From Patescibacteria group bacterium (GTDB taxonomy: Bacteria > Patescibacteriota > Microgenomatia > Levybacterales > UBA12049): a stretch of DNA of 64,000 bases. A program made the position numbers and the translations under genes. The stretch lies in assembly GCA_026004395.1 (NCBI GenBank), contig BPJB01000001.1, positions 391,343 through 455,342 on the forward strand. Direction: 5' to 3'. The stretch's first letter is position 1; each line of letters starts with the position of its first letter. Below, one piece after another: positions 58,465-64,000 of the stretch. The notes beneath the pieces were generated by a model. The model was not told the origin of the DNA, searched no databases, and saw nothing but the letters and a program-made list of their open reading frames with translations.

Positions 58465-60063
58465 ATGAAAACTGATGTTTTGTATGGAATTGCAACAGTT
58501 GGTTTCTTTCTCTGGACTATACGTTCACTATTTTATTGGAGTCAGTTATGGCAGAAAGTACGCTATCAACCCACAATTTTTCTTAAATCTCCTAAAGCAA
58601 GAGAGAGGATTTGGGATTATTTGGCTTCTCGATCAGCTGTTTTAACCTGGATTGGTATTTTGGTGGCATTTTATGTCACTATTGAAGACTATCATGAGAT
58701 TTATTACCAACTTTTCATTTTAGTTCTTTTTATTCTCAAGGCAGGGTTAGTTGTCAGTGAAATACTAAAAAACCAATTTCATAAGCCTATTATTAACTTT
58801 AGATCACTAAGTATTATTATACTTTCTCTTCTAACAATAACTTTTTTTTACTCATTTCCTTTAACTGAAAAATTTATTTGGCTACTTATTCTTGATCGTT
58901 TGGTTGTTTTTATTATCAGTATTTTTGTTTTTCTTTTTACATTTCCCAGTGAACTTATCGAGGATTATAAATTTAGAGAAGCAGATAAAAAATTGCGACA
59001 ACTGAAAAACCTAAAAACAATTGGTGTATTAGGAGGAGCGAATACAGAACACTACATTGATATTATAGGACAAATATTAGAGGAAAAAATTCCTATATCC
59101 AAAGTATCAGATTTTGATCAGCAATCAAGAACACTAGCCGAGGCTATTCTTGATGAAATTTCACAGAGAACGCAAGTTATCTTGGTTGCTCTTGATTCAG
59201 CAGATAAATACCATTTCCAACAACATCTCAAATTATTAAGACCAAACATTATTATTATCCCCTATTCTTTATCTTTAACCAGTGATCAGATTAATTTTAT
59301 TTTTAAGCTTCTTGGTAAGAAAGAGAAGATCATTCTTGATTATAGATTAAAGCATTATATATCACCCAAACATTTACAGAGAAGACAAGTAGTGTTTTTT
59401 TCAAGTTCAGTTCAACAAGATATTGCAGCAAGGAGAATTGAAATCTTGCGTGCAACTGATGTGTTGACCCGTAAAAATCGTACAGATTTTTTGGCGATAC
59501 TGCCAACAGGCAATCAGCGTGTGTCATCTCCGTTAATCACTGCATTTTTTGTTGATCCAACACTTATTGCAATATATATAGCCGATTATTTAGGTTTAAC
59601 AAAAAAAGAGATAGCAAATCGAGTTCGCAAACTCGCCTCAGCTAGACAGACTCTTGTCTTGCAAAAGTTTAGAGGGGGAATAACTATAGTTAACAATACA
59701 GGTAATACATCTTATGAAATTGTGAATCATGCACTCTCATATCTTGAAAAGTACAATAAAAAGAAAATAATTATTTTTGGTCAAAGTGAAGCATTTACCA
59801 ATGAGGAAGAATATAAATCATTCGGTAAAAAAATTGCACATATCTGCACACATGCGTTCTTTTATCAAGTTGCACGTGAGTCACTTCTCAGAAGTATAGT
59901 AAGAAAAGAAAGAGGAAAATGTAAAGTTTACTCAGCAGGTGATAGAAAAAAACTAGTTGATATGCTTCAAAAAACAGTTGTACAAGGAGATATTGTTCTT
60001 TTTGAAGGCAATACCAATGAAATTCTTACATCTTTTCTTGGCATAGCAAGCGAACCTCTTTGA
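58465..60063 (+). CDS. membrane-anchored MurF-like protein with a degenerate ATP-binding P-loop (possible pseudo-ligase in the murF position)
   Basis: N-terminal roughly 170 aa with 4-5 hydrophobic helices. The C-terminal roughly 330 aa aligns by eye to the MurF central and C-terminal domains (NNTGNTSY vs DDSYNANP; IIFGQSEAF vs VLGDMLELG; VQGDIVLFEGNTNE vs GDVVLVKGSR), but the P-loop reads GVLGGANTE instead of GxxGTNGKTT. Confidence 0.45.
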   Translation: MKTDVLYGIATVGFFLWTIRSLFYWSQLWQKVRYQPTIFLKSPKARERIWDYLASRSAVLTWIGILVAFYVTIEDYHEIYYQLFILVLFILKAGLVVSEILKNQFHKPIINFRSLSIIILSLLTITFFYSFPLTEKFIWLLILDRLVVFIISIFVFLFTFPSELIEDYKFREADKKLRQLKNLKTIGVLGGANTEHYIDIIGQILEEKIPISKVSDFDQQSRTLAEAILDEISQRTQVILVALDSADKYHFQQHLKLLRPNIIIIPYSLSLTSDQINFIFKLLGKKEKIILDYRLKHYISPKHLQRRQVVFFSSSVQQDIAARRIEILRATDVLTRKNRTDFLAILPTGNQRVSSPLITAFFVDPTLIAIYIADYLGLTKKEIANRVRKLASARQTLVLQKFRGGITIVNNTGNTSYEIVNHALSYLEKYNKKKIIIFGQSEAFTNEEEYKSFGKKIAHICTHAFFYQVARESLLRSIVRKERGKCKVYSAGDRKKLVDMLQKTVVQGDIVLFEGNTNEILTSFLGIASEPL

Positions 60064-60108
60064 TTGAACTCTTCGAATATGAAGAGTATAATAATAGAAT
60101 AATTTTTT

Positions 60109-61119
60109 ATGGCAGTTTTGCTGGGACTAACTATTCTATCAACTTTTATTAGTCTTATCCTTCTTGTACCTTTTATTGACTTTCTTTATAGGATTAAGTT
60201 GCGACGACAGCATCAAATCACAAAGGATCCTCTTAACCAAAGGACCCCTCTTTTTGATAAGTTCCATAAATGGAAAGTTGGGACGCCTGTCGGAGGAGGT
60301 ATTTTAATTATTCTTGTCACAACAGTTCTAAGTATATGGTCCTATGGTATGCTGTCAATTCCAGTCAAGCCCTGGGAACTTTTTGTAACTTTCTTTTCGT
60401 TTATTAGTTTTGGTTTATTAGGATTGTATGATGATGCTAAGAAACTTTCTGCTTCGACCAAAGCTAGTTTCTTTGGATTACGCCTAAGACATAAATTTGT
60501 GATACAGTGGATACTTGCTCTTATAATATCCACTGTTTTTTATCTGCAGTTAGGCTATTCTTTTATTTATATTCATGGTATTGGGTTGGTTAGTATTGGA
60601 CCATTATTTATTCCTTTTGCTGCATTTGTTATTGTATCGTTCGTCAATGCAGTGAATATTGCTGATGGGCTTGATGGTTTGGCTGCTGGACTTTTGGTAA
60701 TCTGTCTTTTTGCATTTTTGGCAATTAGTTCTCAACAATTAGATAGATCTCTTGGAGTGTTTATATCGGTACTACTGGGATCGGTTATGGCTTTCCTTTA
60801 TTTCAATATCTATAAGGCACGTATTTGGTTGGGTGATGTGGGATCACTTTCACTTGGGGCTGCACTTGCTGTCATTGGGCTTCTTACGGGTAAGACGCTA
60901 ACTCTGGCAGTTATCGGTGGGGTGTTTATTATTGAGGTTGGGTCATCGCTATTGCAGATACTTAGTAAAAAGTATCTTAACAAAAAGATTTTTCCTGCAG
61001 CACCATTTCATCTATATCTTCAATACCGTGGGTGGGAAGAGCCAAAAATAGTTATGCGTGCCTGGCTGGTAGGCATTTTTTTTGCCGTTATAGGTGTATA
61101 TCTTGCCTTCCTTACGTAA
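60109..61119 (+). CDS. mraY: phospho-N-acetylmuramoyl-pentapeptide-transferase
   Basis: NAVNIADGLDGLAAG and GDVGSLSLGAALA motifs. About 10 TM helices. Confidence 0.9.
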   Translation: MAVLLGLTILSTFISLILLVPFIDFLYRIKLRRQHQITKDPLNQRTPLFDKFHKWKVGTPVGGGILIILVTTVLSIWSYGMLSIPVKPWELFVTFFSFISFGLLGLYDDAKKLSASTKASFFGLRLRHKFVIQWILALIISTVFYLQLGYSFIYIHGIGLVSIGPLFIPFAAFVIVSFVNAVNIADGLDGLAAGLLVICLFAFLAISSQQLDRSLGVFISVLLGSVMAFLYFNIYKARIWLGDVGSLSLGAALAVIGLLTGKTLTLAVIGGVFIIEVGSSLLQILSKKYLNKKIFPAAPFHLYLQYRGWEEPKIVMRAWLVGIFFAVIGVYLAFLT

Positions 61120-61160
61120 TTCTCATGCAATAGCCTTTTCTTTCCTATACAATAAAAGAG

Positions 61161-62237
61161 ATGATGAAATCTTTTGATTTTGTTTTATTTTGTACAGTTG
61201 TGTTTTTGACATTGTTTGGTTTATTCATGATTTATGATGCTTCCTCTTATATTGCCTTTAGAGATTTTCAAGATAAATACTACTACATCAAAGAACAGTC
61301 TATTAATGTACTTTTGGGTATGAGTGCACTTTTATTTTTTAGTTTTTTTGACTACAAAAAACTTTATAATCTATCAATTCTTATTCTTATATTAGCGATT
61401 TTAATGCTTTTTGCGGTATTTATTCCGGGAATAGGCGTATATGCATTGGGAGCAAATCGTTGGATAAATCTTGGTTTTACAGTATTGCAACCAGCAGAGT
61501 TTGTCAAGCTGAGTCTTGCTATATATCTTTCTGCTTGGTTCTCAACAAAAGAGAAGGGAAGACTATTGGCATTTGGCATGTTGTTAGGCTTAGTATTATT
61601 ATTAATAATGGCTCAACCAGACATGGGGACTGCTTCTATAATTCTTTTTGAAGCAGTAGTTCTTTATTTCTTATCAGGTGCAGATATTCGACATTTTTTC
61701 TATATGATTCCTCTTGTTGGGGTGAGTGCTATAATTTTGATTTTGCTTGCTCCTTATAGGATTGCACGTTTGACTACTTTTCTCACAATGGGATCAAATC
61801 TTGAAAATGCGTCATATCATGTGAAGCAAATCTTAATTGCATTAGGATCAGGTGGTTTATTGGGTGTGGGTGCAGGAAATTCACTGCAGAAGTATGCATA
61901 CCTTCCAGAAAATGTCACAGATTCTATTTTTGCTATAATTGCAGAAGAATTTGGTTTTTTAGGAGCCACGGCAATTATAATTGTTTATCTTATTTTCTTA
62001 TGGAGAGGATTTTTTATTGCAACTCACGCAAGAGATACATTTGGCAAACTACTCGCAGTCGGAATAATCTCATTTATAGGTATTCAAGCTGTTATTAATC
62101 TCTCTGCTATGACTGCACTTTTGCCTCTTACAGGCGTTCCACTTCCATTTATTTCATATGGAGGATCAGCTCTTATTGTAGATCTTGCAGCAGTTGGAAT
62201 ATTATTAAATATCTCAAAACAATCGCATTCTAGCTAA
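61161..62237 (+). CDS. ftsW: SEDS-family peptidoglycan glycosyltransferase FtsW/RodA
   Basis: 10-TM SEDS pattern with the conserved PDMGTA loop (AQPDMGTASI) and PLPFISYGGS C-terminal motif. dcw position between mraY and murG. Confidence 0.8.
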   Translation: MMKSFDFVLFCTVVFLTLFGLFMIYDASSYIAFRDFQDKYYYIKEQSINVLLGMSALLFFSFFDYKKLYNLSILILILAILMLFAVFIPGIGVYALGANRWINLGFTVLQPAEFVKLSLAIYLSAWFSTKEKGRLLAFGMLLGLVLLLIMAQPDMGTASIILFEAVVLYFLSGADIRHFFYMIPLVGVSAIILILLAPYRIARLTTFLTMGSNLENASYHVKQILIALGSGGLLGVGAGNSLQKYAYLPENVTDSIFAIIAEEFGFLGATAIIIVYLIFLWRGFFIATHARDTFGKLLAVGIISFIGIQAVINLSAMTALLPLTGVPLPFISYGGSALIVDLAAVGILLNISKQSHSS

Positions 62238-62238
62238 T

Positions 62239-63384
62239 ATGAGAGTTGGAATCATTGGTGGCCATTTATCGCCTGCTTTATCAGTCATAGATAGACTTCT
62301 TCCTGAACACTCTGTTGTTTTTTTTGGACGTCAACATACTTTTGAAGGAGATGATGCTCCATCTCTAGAGTACCTGCTTATGCGAGAAAGAAATATACCA
62401 TTTGTTTCTATCAAAACATCACGCTTGCAAAGACGATTTACTAAAAATACTCTTCCATCACTTTTGAAATTTCCGCTTGGATTTTCTCAGGCATGGCGCG
62501 GAATCAATACCTATAAAATTGATATTGTTCTTTCATTTGGTGGATATCTATCTTTACCTGTTTGTCTTGCTGCTAAGATAAAAAAAATACCTATTGTTAT
62601 TCACGAGCAAACTCTTGAAGCAGGTCTTGCCAATAAAATAGTAAGTAAATTTGCAGATAAGGTTTGTATTTCATGGGACTCCTCAAGACCATTTTTTCCA
62701 AAAGAAAAATTGATACTTACAGGAAATCCTATTCGTATATACCCATCTGTGAAGAAACCAAATATACCCTTATTGTCTAAGGAGAAATCTCTTCCTCTCA
62801 TTTACATTACTGGGGGAAGCGCAGGTTCTCACGCAATTAATTTAATTGTTGAGGAAGTGCTCGAGGATATTCTGACTAGATATAGAGTTATACATCAGAC
62901 AGGTAATTCAAGAGAATTTCATGATTTTGAAAGGATATCACAAAAAATAAATAAACTTCCCGATAAGCTCAGACAGCGTATTTACGTTACGCAGTTTGTT
63001 CATCCGATGGATATTCCTTACATTTTAGAACATGTAGCATGGGTAATCGGGAGATCAGGTATTAATACTGTAACAGAGTTATTATATTTTGGTGTTCCGG
63101 CTCTTCTTATTCCGCTTCCATACGGACAACAGCGTGAGCAAGAAAAAAATGCTAAGTTTTTGGAGCATCTTGGAGTAGCAAAGATTATTTATCAACAAGA
63201 ACTTAATGGTTCAACTTTTCTTAGATTACTTGCTACAATGGAACAAGAAAGTTCCTTATTAAAAAGTCGAGCAAAAGAAAAAAAATTTCTTGTGCGCGAG
63301 GACGCAGCAGAGAGGATTGTAACAGTACTCTACGATGTTTTCAAGAAAAAGACTTCTCAAAAAAGAGAAAAAACAACTCACTAA
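62239..63384 (+). CDS. murG: undecaprenyldiphospho-muramoylpentapeptide beta-N-acetylglucosaminyltransferase
   Basis: MRVGIIGGHLSPAL N-terminus, GGS(A)GS motif (ITGGSAGSHAIN) and GT28 C-terminal domain. Confidence 0.8.
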   Translation: MRVGIIGGHLSPALSVIDRLLPEHSVVFFGRQHTFEGDDAPSLEYLLMRERNIPFVSIKTSRLQRRFTKNTLPSLLKFPLGFSQAWRGINTYKIDIVLSFGGYLSLPVCLAAKIKKIPIVIHEQTLEAGLANKIVSKFADKVCISWDSSRPFFPKEKLILTGNPIRIYPSVKKPNIPLLSKEKSLPLIYITGGSAGSHAINLIVEEVLEDILTRYRVIHQTGNSREFHDFERISQKINKLPDKLRQRIYVTQFVHPMDIPYILEHVAWVIGRSGINTVTELLYFGVPALLIPLPYGQQREQEKNAKFLEHLGVAKIIYQQELNGSTFLRLLATMEQESSLLKSRAKEKKFLVREDAAERIVTVLYDVFKKKTSQKREKTTH

Positions 63385-63778
63385 AAGACGACTTTTATTT
63401 ACAAGTATCGTTCTTGGTGTTCTGGGTGTAGGTTGCATCGTAGTGGGAACAATAATGCTTTTACATGAGCCTCTTTTTATTAGCCCTCTACCTGTTGTTG
63501 GATCTCCTCTACCCTCAAATGAGGATCAATATTTCAAGAAGACGATACAAACAAAATTGAAAGAATATGCTATTCCATATGAATCGATATCTATTCCTAG
63601 AAAATCTCTTTTTATAATCAAACTTAGTGATGGAGGAGAAGTAGTTCTTACCTCTAGAAAGGATTTAATACCTCAATTGTCCTCTTTACAAGTAATCTAT
63701 TCTCGACTTACAATGGAAGGTAAGAAGTTTAGACGGCTTGATATGCGTTATGACAAGCCAATTATTCTTTTACAATGA
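63335..63778 (+). CDS. ftsQ: cell division protein FtsQ/DivIB-like (short)
   Basis: Basic N-terminus, single TM (LFTSIVLGVLGVGCIVVGTIML) and a small extracytoplasmic domain. Conserved position between murG and ftsA. Confidence 0.45.
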   Translation: MFSRKRLLKKEKKQLTKRRLLFTSIVLGVLGVGCIVVGTIMLLHEPLFISPLPVVGSPLPSNEDQYFKKTIQTKLKEYAIPYESISIPRKSLFIIKLSDGGEVVLTSRKDLIPQLSSLQVIYSRLTMEGKKFRRLDMRYDKPIILLQ

Positions 63779-64000
63779 GACAATCAAGTAATGATGGGAA
63801 AATAGTAGTTGGAATAGATGTAGGTACCTATAAAATCGTCACCGTTATAGCCAAGGTTGACGAGGTAGTTAATGTTTTGGGTGTTTCTGAAGTAAAATCA
63901 GCGGGTATTAGAAAAGGTCAAATTGTAGATATCGAAGAAGCAGTTAATGCGATCAATGCTTCACTTGAGGCAGCAGAACGCATGGCTGGCTATTCTGTCT
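63775..64000 (+). CDS. ftsA: cell division protein FtsA, N-terminal fragment (continues past the window end)
   Basis: IVVGIDVGTYKIVTVIAKVD...GIRKGQIVDIEEAVNAINASLEAAE matches the FtsA actin-like N-terminus. Its ATG overlaps the ftsQ-like stop. No stop codon before nt 64000. Confidence 0.7.
   Translation, partial: MRQSSNDGKIVVGIDVGTYKIVTVIAKVDEVVNVLGVSEVKSAGIRKGQIVDIEEAVNAINASLEAAERMAGYSV

Noticed and set aside
1-64000. CRISPR arrays, transposases, integrases, prophage genes
   Set aside because: No spaced identical repeats, no DDE-transposase, tyrosine-recombinase or phage structural motifs were seen. The only repeat structure noted is the triple GTAGTGA array upstream of mraZ.

Overview
AT-rich (~33% GC) bacterial window read with the standard genetic code. 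UGA terminates, for example at 3656-3658 where it overlaps the next ATG. Nearly every gene is on the + strand, with short overlaps or gaps of a few nt. The composition and gene content look like a small-genome, CPR-like (Microgenomates/Parcubacteria-type) bacterium, but this is an inference. Two large modules are present. (1) At about 2.9-38.7 kb there is a very large, contiguous cell-surface glycan or glycosylation island. It holds at least 5 GT2 and 10 GT4 glycosyltransferase genes. It also holds at least 8 polytopic membrane proteins with GT-C-like features resembling the PMT/ArnT family, including tandem paralog pairs. Further components are a Wzx-like flippase, a Wzy_C-type ligase/polymerase-like protein, a polyprenyl-phosphate glycosyltransferase (GtrB/ArnC-like) preceded by a small GtrA-sized membrane protein, a priming phosphoglycosyl transferase, GalE, ManC, an LbH O-acetyltransferase, and a ColD-like PMP-dependent 3-dehydratase (His replacing the PLP lysine) next to a GDP-fucose-synthase-like reductase, which suggests a GDP-3,6-dideoxyhexose (colitose-like) branch. 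Within 28.9-33.4 kb, several membrane glycosyltransferase genes appear broken by frameshifts. (2) At about 44.2-64.0 kb there is a rearranged dcw/peptidoglycan cluster: mraZ (preceded by three 10-bp-phased GTAGTGA direct repeats), rsmH, ftsL, ftsI, then after an interruption murE-like, murC, murB, murA, two nucleotidyltransferases, a HAD hydrolase, glmS, a membrane-anchored degenerate MurF-like protein in the murF position, mraY, ftsW, murG, ftsQ-like and the start of ftsA. Between the modules lie recO, glyQS and two hypothetical proteins. No rRNA, tRNA, CRISPR array, transposase or integrase was recognised.
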